Source of the DNA: a virus
Strand: one strand, 5' to 3'
DNA length: 64,000 nucleotides
Virus genome (UHGV): UHGV-1376088
In this document: positions 55,759 through 64,000 of the stretch, in pieces
How positions within the stretch are numbered: position 1 is the stretch's first letter
Layout: each line of letters opens with the position of its first letter
Notes under the pieces: generated by a model
What the model saw: the letters and a program-made list of their open reading frames with translations, nothing else
The model's database searches: none
What the model was told of the DNA's origin: nothing
Program-made: the position numbers and the translations under genes

Positions 55759-55847
55759 CCGCGAGTGGCGTAACAAGGCAACCGCATCAGACTTAAAATC
55801 TGAGGATCGTAATGATCGTGTGGGTTCGACTCCCACCTCGCGGACCA
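55759..55847 (+). tRNA. tRNA-Leu(TAA), class II, CCA encoded
   Basis: Acceptor CCGCGAG/CTCGCGG, anticodon arm TCAGA-CTTAAAA-TCTGA and variable hairpin GATCGTAATGATC. Confidence 0.85.
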
Positions 55848-55893
55848 ATACTGTATTGATAAATTCAATGCTATATAAAAATAGGTTTGATTT

Positions 55894-56217
55894 ATGAAAA
55901 CAGTTAAATTATCAGATTGCTCAAAGTTCCCCAAAGCTAAAGAAGATGGGGAACTTTTTGCCAGAACAAAACTTTTCCATGAGCTTTATAAAACCGAACA
56001 TACCTTAAGAATCGATTTTGATGGTACTTATGGAATTGCTCATTCGTTTTTAGAAGGACTCTTCGGTTTTCTTATTGATTCTGGATGTTTAACAATGAAA
56101 GAGATATTCAATAGGCTAACTATTAAAGCGGATGAATATCCCTATATAATTGAGGGAATATTCTGTATATTGGTGGAATACGATGAAAGAAACTTTGATA
56201 ATAGCCCCTGTAGTTGA
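55894..56217 (+). CDS. hypothetical protein
   Basis: 107 aa. Confidence 0.5.
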   Translation: MKTVKLSDCSKFPKAKEDGELFARTKLFHELYKTEHTLRIDFDGTYGIAHSFLEGLFGFLIDSGCLTMKEIFNRLTIKADEYPYIIEGIFCILVEYDERNFDNSPCS

Positions 56218-56350
56218 AGTTAAAAAGATCCCTTCGTTTGCCGAGTTTATAGAAATGAGAACGCGGCAACTTCTAAGAGAATTAGACAAGCATTCAAAAA
56301 ATCTAGAAAAAGAGACTAATAAGCTTGTAGATATTATCTCTAATAGTTAA
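56183..56350 (+). CDS. hypothetical small protein (overlapping frame)
   Basis: 55 aa from an internal ATG of ORF 56150. Confidence 0.3.
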   Translation: MKETLIIAPVVEVKKIPSFAEFIEMRTRQLLRELDKHSKNLEKETNKLVDIISNS

Positions 56351-56377
56351 AATTTTAAAACAATAAAGTGTAGATGT

Positions 56378-56452
56378 TGGCATGTAGCTCAGCGGCAGAG
56401 CAGACGGCTGTTAACCGTCCGGTCGTAGGTTCGATCCCTACCGTGCCAGCCA
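56378..56452 (+). tRNA. tRNA-Asn(GTT), CCA encoded
   Basis: Acceptor TGGCATG/CGTGCCA, anticodon arm GACGG-CTGTTAA-CCGTC and T-arm GTAGGTTCGATCCCTAC. Confidence 0.85.
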
Positions 56453-56646
56453 AAAGATTATGGGCAGGTAGTTTAAGAGGAAAAAACCACGTGGGTGTAT
56501 ACCTTCGACGTTATTGGAATCGAGGCCAATTCTGTCCACTAATTTCCCATTTCCCATATATTTCAATCATCAATCCTTTCCACAGTACAGGGTTAAAATA
56601 TTTTGACTAATAGCGCCAACTAGCGGTCAAAGCTAATGGGAATTTC

Positions 56647-56733
56647 ACAACCATGACGGAATTGGTAGACGTATCGGTACTTAATGTGCCGAAGCCGGAG
56701 AGTGGCGTGCAGGTTCAAATCCTGCTGGTTGTG
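56647..56733 (+). tRNA. class-II tRNA-like (anticodon TAA) with a non-canonical anticodon arm (6-bp stem, or 9-nt loop); no CCA
   Basis: Acceptor ACAACCA/TGGTTGT, D-arm ACGGAATTGGTAGACGT and T-arm GCAGGTTCAAATCCTGC. An extra nucleotide lies between the D and anticodon stems. Confidence 0.5.
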
Positions 56734-56754
56734 ATACATAACAGAGGTGTAAAC

Positions 56755-56955
56755 ATGTCCAAGAAAAGATGTTTTGTTCTTTACGAACGAGAAGGCAAAA
56801 GAAATTCGGCCTTTATTGAAATTGATGATGTCTATATTACTGGTACTTTATTTAGATCTTTGAAATCTCATGTTTCTGATAAGATAGCTGACCTATATAC
56901 GGATAGGTATGGCTATGTATTAATTTTGGATTTCAAAGTTATTGCCTCTGTTTAG
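56755..56955 (+). CDS. hypothetical small protein
   Basis: 66 aa; AGAGGTG RBS. The listed upstream ORF start overlaps a tRNA. Confidence 0.4.
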   Translation: MSKKRCFVLYEREGKRNSAFIEIDDVYITGTLFRSLKSHVSDKIADLYTDRYGYVLILDFKVIASV

Positions 56956-56972
56956 TTTAAACGAATTTTAAT

Positions 56973-57046
56973 GCGGGCATGGTATAGAGGTTGTGCCTTA
57001 GCCTTCCAAGCTAATGAGAGGGATTCGAGTTCCCTTGCCCGCTCCA
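56973..57046 (+). tRNA. tRNA-Gly(TCC), CCA encoded
   Basis: Acceptor GCGGGCA/TGCCCGC, anticodon arm TTAGC-CTTCCAA-GCTAA and T-arm AGGGATTCGAGTTCCCT. Confidence 0.8.
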
Positions 57047-57231
57047 ACAATTTAAGACAGGCGCTTGCAAGTTTGAGGGAAGTCATATTAGGCCCCGTGT
57101 CCATACAGCCTCCACGCACTCTGCCTGTCTAACCCTTATGTCCTGAATGCCTGCTACGACTACATCTGACTTTTTATCGGACATTAAGTGTCGAGCTATT
57201 TTTGTCAGGACTCTCTATAAAAGGTAACAGA

Positions 57232-57669
57232 ATGTCTGACTGGGAATATCAATCTTTTATTGCAGAAGACGATTTACTTCCTACCTTCTGTTATAGAATT
57301 AAGCATAGTGGTAATACTATTTCTATTCAATTTGGGCCTGTAAAACAATACAACGGTCTGCCGGTTTATTCTGTATGTCTATCAATTTATCGAAAACGTA
57401 AGCGTATTGATATTGATTTTAGCGCTCGATCTGTAACAGGAACTATTGGGACTACAGGATTACTGTTAGCAAAGCAAAGCTTCGACTTGTTTATCAAAGA
57501 ATTCTTTGATGAAGTGGATACGGATGGTGTTATCTTATCAGTACAAGGTGCTGATGTCAGACGATATAAAGTTTATAAGCGTACCCTTGAAAGAATGGGG
57601 TATACTGAAGGTAAGCTTTTGGGCTCTTTATGTATGAGTAAAGTTTACTATCGAGAAAGTCTTAAATGA
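57232..57669 (+). CDS. hypothetical protein
   Basis: 146 aa; AAAGGTAACAG RBS. Confidence 0.5.
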   Translation: MSDWEYQSFIAEDDLLPTFCYRIKHSGNTISIQFGPVKQYNGLPVYSVCLSIYRKRKRIDIDFSARSVTGTIGTTGLLLAKQSFDLFIKEFFDEVDTDGVILSVQGADVRRYKVYKRTLERMGYTEGKLLGSLCMSKVYYRESLK

Positions 57670-57689
57670 CTAAAATTTATATATTTTTC

Positions 57690-57780
57690 ACCACCTTAGC
57701 TTAATGGTAAAGCAGCGAGCTTATACCTCGTAACGACAGATAATCGGCTGATCTGGGTTCGAGTCCCGGAGGTGGTACCA
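57690..57780 (+). tRNA. tRNA with anticodon TAT (Ile AUA-reading type) and a long (about 21-nt) variable region, CCA encoded
   Basis: Acceptor ACCACCT/AGGTGGT, anticodon arm GCGAG-CTTATAC-CTCGT and T-arm CTGGGTTCGAGTCCCGG. Confidence 0.6.
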
Positions 57781-57806
57781 TTAGAAAGTGTCGAGAGAGT
57801 TAAAAT

Positions 57807-57894
57807 GGAGAAGTGGCAGAGTGGACTATTGCACCTGACTTGAAATCAGCCGATCGGAAACGGTCCGTGGGTTCGAATCCCATCTTCTCCTCCA
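57807..57894 (+). tRNA. tRNA-Ser(TGA), class II, CCA encoded
   Basis: Acceptor GGAGAAG/CTTCTCC, anticodon loop CTTGAAA and variable hairpin CCGATCGGAAACGG. Confidence 0.8.
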
Positions 57895-58103
57895 ATTAGG
57901 TGGCTAGCATTAATTTATCTTTTAACATCTTATGATTGTTGAAGAAATAACACTTTATCGCACCTGCTAGCTGCCTATCCCCTATTGTAAGATTGCCTCA
58001 TAGAGTAGATTTTGTCTACACTATGGGGCTTTTGTTTTCGCTTTCTAAATAGAGCTGCGAACTATAGAACTTTAAATGGTTAATAAAATAAACGGAATAT
58101 TTA

Positions 58104-58328
58104 ATGAAAATTAAAATTTATGGCAAACCGTCTTGTCCTTATTGTGAAAAAGCCAAATCTTTAGCCTCCTCTTTTGGTGAATATGAATACGTTGATATTA
58201 TTGCTGAAGGTATTAATAAAGAGAAATTGTCAGAGATTTGTGGCAAAGAGGTAAATCGAGTGCCTCAAATTTTTGTAAATGATATCTTGGTTGGTGGCTA
58301 TACAGAGTTTGCAGCCAAATATCAATAA
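58104..58328 (+). CDS. glutaredoxin (NrdH/GrxA-like)
   Basis: CPYC active site within a 74-aa thioredoxin-fold protein. Confidence 0.8.
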   Translation: MKIKIYGKPSCPYCEKAKSLASSFGEYEYVDIIAEGINKEKLSEICGKEVNRVPQIFVNDILVGGYTEFAAKYQ

Positions 58329-58358
58329 ATCATATAGATTAATTACGGAGCATTTTAA

Positions 58359-58511
58359 ATGAGCAAGCCTTGGATTAAAGATTGGATTTTAAGTAAGCAA
58401 GCTAAAAATCTTGGCACAGTATATAATAAGCCTACAGAAAGTAGTAAACGAATTGCGGCGGCACGTATTAAGCGCAGCATTGAACTTAGATTCAAAGAGG
58501 AGGAAATCTAA
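58359..58511 (+). CDS. small basic protein (50 aa)
   Basis: ACGGAG RBS; its stop overlaps the DHFR start. Confidence 0.35.
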   Translation: MSKPWIKDWILSKQAKNLGTVYNKPTESSKRIAAARIKRSIELRFKEEEI

Positions 58512-59020
58512 TGTTTGCAGGAATGCATCTAAATATGATTGTCGCAATTGACAAAAAGACCGGCGGTATTGGATACAAAGGTAAATTACCTTGGCGCTGT
58601 CCTGACGATATGAGATTCTTCAGAGAGATGACTCTCGATAATATTTGTTTTTGTGGTTATAAAACATATAGAGCCATGCCGCCTTTAAATAGAAGAACTG
58701 TTGTTCCGGTAAGTAGAGATGGTAGAGGAGTTTCTTTTACCATTGAAGATTTGGAATCTGATTTGGGATTTGCGAATGCATTTAATAATGGCAGATCAAT
58801 GGGCGAACTATTCCTTATTGGCGGCGCGGAACTCTATTTAAAATTCCTAAAAGATGGCAAAGTGGATACAATCTACTTGTCAGAAATAGAATTCAAAAAT
58901 AAAGAATATGAGTATGATACATATCTCAAATATCCTTTTGATGAATTCGAAAAAGAAGAAATTCGTTCTATTTCAACGGACGATTATGAACTGAAGATTT
59001 ACAAATTAACCCTTAAATAA
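58511..59020 (+). CDS. folA: dihydrofolate reductase
   Basis: MIVAIDKKTGGIGYKGKLPW, CPDDMRFF and LIGGAELY blocks. Confidence 0.9.
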   Translation: MFAGMHLNMIVAIDKKTGGIGYKGKLPWRCPDDMRFFREMTLDNICFCGYKTYRAMPPLNRRTVVPVSRDGRGVSFTIEDLESDLGFANAFNNGRSMGELFLIGGAELYLKFLKDGKVDTIYLSEIEFKNKEYEYDTYLKYPFDEFEKEEIRSISTDDYELKIYKLTLK

Positions 59021-59030
59021 GGAGCCTGTT

Positions 59031-59639
59031 ATGTTGGCAAAACTTAAAGCTATTTTGATGTCATTTTTCCGCACTCAAACAAATGAAATGATCTTCAATG
59101 ATCCTGATCGTGCAAAAGAATATATCAACCAAAAGATTTCTGACGTAAGCAAAGCTATCAATCAGGCTTGTGTGAACCGGGCTTCTGTTCAGCAGTCTAT
59201 TGAAGACCTCGGAAAAGAAATCGAAAATGAAGAGCCGAAAATTCAAAAAGAAGAAGAAGCTCTTCGTTCCAAAGCTGCTTCAGGAGACTTGAATAAAGAT
59301 GCCGCTTATCGTGTCTTTATGCGGAAACAAATTCTTGAAGAAAAGAAAAACTTGCTTTCAACTTACGTTGAGCAAGAATTGGACTTCGAACGACTTTGTT
59401 TCGATCTGAATTTGCAACGTGAAAAATTGCAAATGAAGAAAGGTGAAGTTGCATTGAATGTCTCTTTGGGCAAAACCTTTACTGTTGATATCGAAGCTGA
59501 TGAATTCCTTCGTGAAATTAAAATCAATACAAAAGGTAAGGCTGAAGCGGCTAAAATTATTTCCGGCAACAAGTCTGGCATCTCCGATGCTAAATTCGAT
59601 GATTTCTTTAAATCATTGAGCCCAGAAAATAAAGAATAA
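59031..59639 (+). CDS. PspA/IM30-family coiled-coil protein
   Basis: N-terminus FFRTQTNEMIFNDPDRAKEYINQKISD follows the PspA pattern F.R......N...DP....I.Q. The rest is an extended coiled coil. Confidence 0.55.
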   Translation: MLAKLKAILMSFFRTQTNEMIFNDPDRAKEYINQKISDVSKAINQACVNRASVQQSIEDLGKEIENEEPKIQKEEEALRSKAASGDLNKDAAYRVFMRKQILEEKKNLLSTYVEQELDFERLCFDLNLQREKLQMKKGEVALNVSLGKTFTVDIEADEFLREIKINTKGKAEAAKIISGNKSGISDAKFDDFFKSLSPENKE

Positions 59640-59689
59640 CTGGTATAGGCCCTAGAGTTAATCTAGGGCTATTGTCTTATGGAGTATAT

Positions 59690-59890
59690 ATGAACTTTAC
59701 TACATTTTATTATTTGGCAATTTTGATTGCTATTGCTGCTAAGTTGTTTGGATATCTGGCTGCTTCTTGGTTATGGATTATCGGGTTTGCCGTCCTGCCA
59801 TTTTTCGTTGGGCTATTCTTAGTCTTTGTTGGAATTATTATGGCTGCTGTTTTTAATGTGAATTTATCCAATAACCGTTATCGCAGATAA
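59690..59890 (+). CDS. small membrane protein
   Basis: 66 aa with 2 TM helices. Confidence 0.4.
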   Translation: MNFTTFYYLAILIAIAAKLFGYLAASWLWIIGFAVLPFFVGLFLVFVGIIMAAVFNVNLSNNRYRR

Positions 59891-59906
59891 TAGCAAGGAG
59901 AGCGGC

Positions 59907-60563
59907 ATGACTACATTCTTTATATATGAATTTAATAATAAATTTGAAATGTATCAAATGGGTCTTTCTAAATGGATTGATATTGTGAAGACCTCAACTA
60001 AGTACAAGTTCGTTTATTTGCTAGGTGCCGCTCTTTTGTGTTTGGCTATCTTTGCGCCTTGTTATATAGATATTGTCCCGGAATACGTTAAAGGCATAAT
60101 TATACTTATTGAGCTTTTAGGTGCAATATTTGTTATTCCAACAATTTTGTCTGATGACAATATTATTGTGGATAATAGAGATTCAGAACCTCAAAGAATA
60201 ATAGAGTCTAAAACCCTTTATTTCTTAAAATATTGTGGACGTGTTACTGATGCTATGTCCTTGTTCGATATTTATTATGTTCAATGGGAAGATGGCGCCG
60301 GTATTATTATTGACACCAGCTATTATCTTATTAATGATTATAAGACCCTTAAGCCCATGAACATTGCCAAAGAGAAGAGAGATGTAACACTAGTCGTAAG
60401 CGGCAATAAAGTCAGAGAAGAATATCCATTTAATATTGTGAATTCAGAACGAATTGTAGAAATCGTAAACGACTTAGGCATCATAGATAAAATATTTGCA
60501 AGCTCTATAACAAAAGAAAAGATTGGTAGAAAATTACTTGAAAATATCATGAAGGGATATTGA
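59907..60563 (+). CDS. membrane-anchored hypothetical protein
   Basis: 218 aa. Confidence 0.5.
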   Translation: MTTFFIYEFNNKFEMYQMGLSKWIDIVKTSTKYKFVYLLGAALLCLAIFAPCYIDIVPEYVKGIIILIELLGAIFVIPTILSDDNIIVDNRDSEPQRIIESKTLYFLKYCGRVTDAMSLFDIYYVQWEDGAGIIIDTSYYLINDYKTLKPMNIAKEKRDVTLVVSGNKVREEYPFNIVNSERIVEIVNDLGIIDKIFASSITKEKIGRKLLENIMKGY

Positions 60564-60564
60564 T

Positions 60565-61464
60565 ATGGACTTTATGAAGCTGCATAAATATAATCCTAAG
60601 AAAGACTATTCGAGATGGTATTTACAGGAAAAAGTTGATGGAGTGTTCGCAGCCATTGATGTTAATACTGGTATTGCTTATAGTCGAACTGGCAAACCTT
60701 TATTTATTCCTGAGGGCACAACATTAAGGTGCACCATGGATTATATTCGTATGTATTACTCAGTAAACAAGCAGCCGGCGAATACTTTTATTATTGCTGA
60801 AATTTTTTCTTTTGGTTTAACACTTGAACAGATGTCAGGATTGTTAAATCCGAATCGCAAAGAACCATGGGATAAAACTATCCTGACAGATTGGTCCGTT
60901 TATGCACATGACTTTGTAACACTGGTTGATGGTGTTGATAATACACCTTATAGTGAACGCTACAACAAGATTATTCGTATGCCTCAGAATTGTGTGGACT
61001 TGCGCCGTGTGTATAACATTGTATTGGAAAATGCTAAAGAGGCAGCTGCTGCAAAAATCGAAGAAGAATTTAACGATCTTATGTTGTTAAATTGTGAAGG
61101 CATTGTACTTAAAGATCCAAATGGCATCTATCGTATGGGTAAACGCGTCAATACGCAGGTTAAACGTGTTCGTGAGCATCTTGAAGATGTAAGAATCGAA
61201 CAGGTTAAATACGGTACTGGTAAACGTAATGGACAAATAGGCTCAATGTACTGTAGGTCTATTGATAATCCTGAAATAGCTTTTTGGGCAGACTTCGGAT
61301 TAAATTGGGATGACGCCAAAAGAATCGAATTGACCTCTAAATTCGAATTAGACAATAAGTCTCTTATTGGTACAATATGGACGGTTAAGGGATTGCAACA
61401 AAGTAGCACTGGTAAATCTATACGTTTGCCAAAATTAATGTATATGCGATTTGACAAGGAGTAG
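60565..61464 (+). CDS. ATP-dependent DNA ligase (T7-like, minimal)
   Basis: Motif I EKVDG and motif IV CEGIVLKDPNGIYRMGKR, followed by QVKRV as motif V. Confidence 0.8.
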   Translation: MDFMKLHKYNPKKDYSRWYLQEKVDGVFAAIDVNTGIAYSRTGKPLFIPEGTTLRCTMDYIRMYYSVNKQPANTFIIAEIFSFGLTLEQMSGLLNPNRKEPWDKTILTDWSVYAHDFVTLVDGVDNTPYSERYNKIIRMPQNCVDLRRVYNIVLENAKEAAAAKIEEEFNDLMLLNCEGIVLKDPNGIYRMGKRVNTQVKRVREHLEDVRIEQVKYGTGKRNGQIGSMYCRSIDNPEIAFWADFGLNWDDAKRIELTSKFELDNKSLIGTIWTVKGLQQSSTGKSIRLPKLMYMRFDKE

Positions 61465-61467
61465 ATT

Positions 61468-62088
61468 ATGGCGAATTTGTTTGTAGATGCTAGTGGTAAA
61501 AAGCCGAAGTGCTACTGGGAAGGTTATTCCTGTCCAAAAGGTAAATGGTACAGCATTAAAACCGGCCCTGAACCCTTTTTTATATTCTTATTATTGTTTA
61601 AGCTTATAATTGGACTTTTGATATGGGCGCTTTTAGACGTAAGCTTATATATAATTGGCACTATTGTAATTATTGGTATGGCTGTCTCTTGTTTTACGTA
61701 TCACCATAGGGAAAGTTATACAATTTTACAAAAGTCCAAAAGCCTTGATGATATCCTGATTGATGATTCTCCAATTTATATTACTGTTTCTAAGAGCCTA
61801 AGGGCTATTTGTTTTATTATACCAGAAAAGAAATATATGTTTTTCAGGACTATTGGATATGGCGATGACAGGATTAATGTCACCTCTTCTATGTGGTATG
61901 TATATAAAAATAAAGAACCATATGAGATCCGTAGTAGGTATTTTGAAGATCCTATTAAAGATCTAAAATCAAAATTGAACTATAATTGCAATTTGCATTC
62001 TGTTATTAATTTGAATAGTTCTCAATTAAGTAGAGATAAAGTTTTGAAATGTTTGCAAGATCTCTCTTTTTTTATTTTTAATAAATAG
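61468..62088 (+). CDS. membrane protein
   Basis: 206 aa. Confidence 0.5.
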   Translation: MANLFVDASGKKPKCYWEGYSCPKGKWYSIKTGPEPFFIFLLLFKLIIGLLIWALLDVSLYIIGTIVIIGMAVSCFTYHHRESYTILQKSKSLDDILIDDSPIYITVSKSLRAICFIIPEKKYMFFRTIGYGDDRINVTSSMWYVYKNKEPYEIRSRYFEDPIKDLKSKLNYNCNLHSVINLNSSQLSRDKVLKCLQDLSFFIFNK

Positions 62089-62096
62089 GAGCTAAT

Positions 62097-62687
62097 ATGG
62101 CTTATACTGACTTTTTCCATATTAAGAAAGATAAAGATGGTGTTGAGCTTCGTTTTCTTAAGACGTGTATAGATACCGTTGATTGCGTTATAAACAATAA
62201 AACTGCTTCAAGGGGCGATGAACCTGGTCACTATTATGATGATAGACATGATGAAGCTCCTACAATAGATAAGCATTTTAATATAGAGGATGGCGACGTT
62301 GTATATGTCTCTAAAGAGTATAGAAGAGATAAGTATCTGTCTGATCAAAAGCTGCTGGATAATGTATCGATCTTAATTATTATCGTTTATAAGCCTGGCA
62401 AAAGCGCGGAAGTGATTTACTCTTGCAACTATTCACATTCCTTTATATTTAAAAAGGTTGTGCCTGAAAAGTTTTGCCTTTATAAAAACAGAGAAATGAT
62501 TCCATTGGATGAGTCTATGTTTAAAGCCGATATTCCTCATATTGAAAATGCTAAACTGTATATGGACCTCTTGTATGGCCGTGTTTATAGTGAAGGAATT
62601 TCCAGATATATGTGTGAATCGGTTTTAGAAAGAGCTGAAAAAATATATGATAAGCTTTTTCTGGAAATAAACGATAGCTGCATTTAA
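62097..62687 (+). CDS. hypothetical protein
   Basis: 196 aa. Confidence 0.5.
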   Translation: MAYTDFFHIKKDKDGVELRFLKTCIDTVDCVINNKTASRGDEPGHYYDDRHDEAPTIDKHFNIEDGDVVYVSKEYRRDKYLSDQKLLDNVSILIIIVYKPGKSAEVIYSCNYSHSFIFKKVVPEKFCLYKNREMIPLDESMFKADIPHIENAKLYMDLLYGRVYSEGISRYMCESVLERAEKIYDKLFLEINDSCI

Positions 62688-62715
62688 ATTGTTGTTATAA
62701 TAAAAAGGAAAAGGA

Positions 62716-62937
62716 ATGACTCCAACGATTGTACTCCTGCTCAGTATTCCGATCTTTATATTGGCCTGCTTTATTATCCGTGTCAAAGATATTGATTTGC
62801 CAGGCCATGATAGAATAGATAATCTTCTCATTTTAATATTCCTATATGGAGTGTGTTTGATTTGGCCAATAAGTCTACCAGTAGTTATTATTGGATTAGT
62901 TGGCTTAGTAATTACAGGGAAGCATAAAGATTTATGA
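62716..62937 (+). CDS. small membrane protein
   Basis: 73 aa. Confidence 0.4.
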   Translation: MTPTIVLLLSIPIFILACFIIRVKDIDLPGHDRIDNLLILIFLYGVCLIWPISLPVVIIGLVGLVITGKHKDL

Positions 62938-63098
62938 ATATCTATCGCGTATTAGCATTTCTTGCATATATCCTTGGAATTGGTTTTACTGGAATCTGGG
63001 TATTTAATCATGCTCCATATCCATTTTTAGGGATTCTAATTGCATTTGCAATTCCTGTACTTGTCATTAAATTTATTAAGGATATACCCAATGATTAA
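62934..63098 (+). CDS. small membrane peptide (54 aa)
   Basis: ATGA overlap; 2 TM helices. Confidence 0.3.
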   Translation: MNIYRVLAFLAYILGIGFTGIWVFNHAPYPFLGILIAFAIPVLVIKFIKDIPND

Positions 63099-63876
63099 AA
63101 AGCTTTTTATTGCATTGTTTGCTTTGGTATCAATCGCAGCATGCTCTCGAGTTGAACCAAATCAGGCAGGCGTCTTGATGGAAAATTATGGACGCAATGG
63201 TAAATCAGACTTCACCATTGTTAGTGGCGTAATTTGGACGATTGCTCCCGGCACTGAATTGTATCAAGTTCCATTGTGGGAACAGCGTGGCAAGTTTGAA
63301 GAGGCCGTAACGCTGAAGGCATCAGACAATACGGATTTTGCCGCGACTCCTGTGTATACTTTCCGTGTTATGAAAGACCGCGCAGTCGATGTTGTGTTTG
63401 ACAACAAACAGCTTGGCTATGGTTCTGAATTTATCCAGTCTTTACAGGACAATATTCTTGAGCCTAAAATCCTCGACCTCATGAAAGAGGAAAGCCGCAA
63501 ATATACGACTGAAGAGCTAATGGCAAAAGGCGGAAGCTTGGCATTTGAACAAAAGGTCCAAGATGTTGTTAAATCAGAATTCAAAAATCGTGGTTTAGAA
63601 TTAATGACTTTTAGTTCACAATTGACATTCTCTAAATCTGTCACTGGGCGTATTGATAAACGAAATGAAGTTAATCAAAATATCGCTGTAATTGATCAAC
63701 AGATTGAAGAGCAGAAGAAACGTTTGGAACTGGCACGTCTTGAAGCCGAAACTAATAAGCTGAAATCAGAAGGTATTACTGAGAAACTTCTGCAACAACA
63801 GTTTATTGAAAAATGGGATGGTAAAACGCCTTTATACGGCACAACACCTGTTACATTATTTAAACAAACAAATTGA
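63091..63876 (+). CDS. lipoprotein with SPFH/band-7-like domain and C-terminal coiled coil
   Basis: Lipobox IAAC after a signal peptide. An SPFH-like core is followed by an EEQKKRLELARLEAE coiled coil. Confidence 0.55.
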   Translation: MIKKLFIALFALVSIAACSRVEPNQAGVLMENYGRNGKSDFTIVSGVIWTIAPGTELYQVPLWEQRGKFEEAVTLKASDNTDFAATPVYTFRVMKDRAVDVVFDNKQLGYGSEFIQSLQDNILEPKILDLMKEESRKYTTEELMAKGGSLAFEQKVQDVVKSEFKNRGLELMTFSSQLTFSKSVTGRIDKRNEVNQNIAVIDQQIEEQKKRLELARLEAETNKLKSEGITEKLLQQQFIEKWDGKTPLYGTTPVTLFKQTN

Positions 63877-63947
63877 TGATAATAAGACCGTCACGTTATA
63901 TACGTGGCGGTTATTTTCTTATATAAATTAGAATATCGGAGACATGT

Positions 63948-64000
63948 ATGAAATATGAAATTCATATAACAGTAGACTTGCCGTCTAAAGAAAAAATTAA
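63948..64000 (+). CDS. hypothetical protein (5' end only)
   Basis: GGAG RBS then ATG; truncated by the window edge. Confidence 0.3.
   Translation, partial: MKYEIHITVDLPSKEKI

Noticed and set aside
54609-55848. ORFs 54609-54830 (-), 55429-55611 (-), 55438-55629 (+), 55645-55848 (-), 55682-55897 (+) and 55740-55934 (-)
   Set aside because: They overlap well-formed tRNA genes on the plus strand and are byproducts of GC-balanced RNA sequence.
1-64000. Search for CRISPR arrays, integrase/attP or rRNA
   Set aside because: No repeat-spacer array, no tyrosine or serine recombinase signature and no rRNA-like segment was found. The only short tandem repeat is (ATT)n at 8941-8960.

Overview
This 64 kb window (about 37% GC overall) reads as part of a large virulent phage of a Gram-negative host, in the style of T4-like or jumbo phages. 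Coordinates 1-13957 carry a minus-strand late module. It contains a T4-type large terminase (2334-4292), a protein interrupted by a Hint mini-intein, a PD-(D/E)xK nuclease-like gene, a DEDDh-exonuclease-domain protein and several Gly/Ala-rich proteins. A GH24 lysozyme and holin-like genes form a lysis cassette at 11.1-12.8 kb. From 14.5 kb onward everything is on the plus strand. A GC-richer island with optimised codon usage (14.5-24.3 kb) holds a 1136-aa protein, a run of small early genes and a 459-aa protein with an SSB-like C-terminal tip. A conserved box GTGTCGGT-N5-TAYGR occurs 17 times on the plus strand; it is usually the 3' arm of a hairpin and precedes plus-strand genes or gene clusters. 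A 1.7 kb ORF-free region (24.25-25.96 kb) has iteron-like repeats and a switch in strand composition. The accessory region beyond it encodes a NADAR/YbiA protein, a SleB-like wall hydrolase, lipoproteins, a BFD-like [2Fe-2S] protein and a second 1147-aa protein that is a paralog of the first. Both large proteins share an SH..DxDGD motif and a VGxGTNN motif. A GHKL ATPase, a trimeric autotransporter adhesin, MetRS, an AAA+ ATPase and RNase HI follow. At 49.7-57.9 kb there is an array of about 15 tRNA genes. A Ro60 (TROVE+vWA) ortholog sits inside it, immediately followed by three tandem tRNA-mimic loci that are Y-RNA-like or carry introns. A NadR-type kinase and an HNH pseudogene also lie in the array, and several tRNAs have non-canonical anticodon or variable arms. 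The window ends with glutaredoxin, DHFR, a PspA-like protein, an ATP-dependent DNA ligase and an SPFH-like lipoprotein. No CRISPR array, integrase or rRNA gene was seen.
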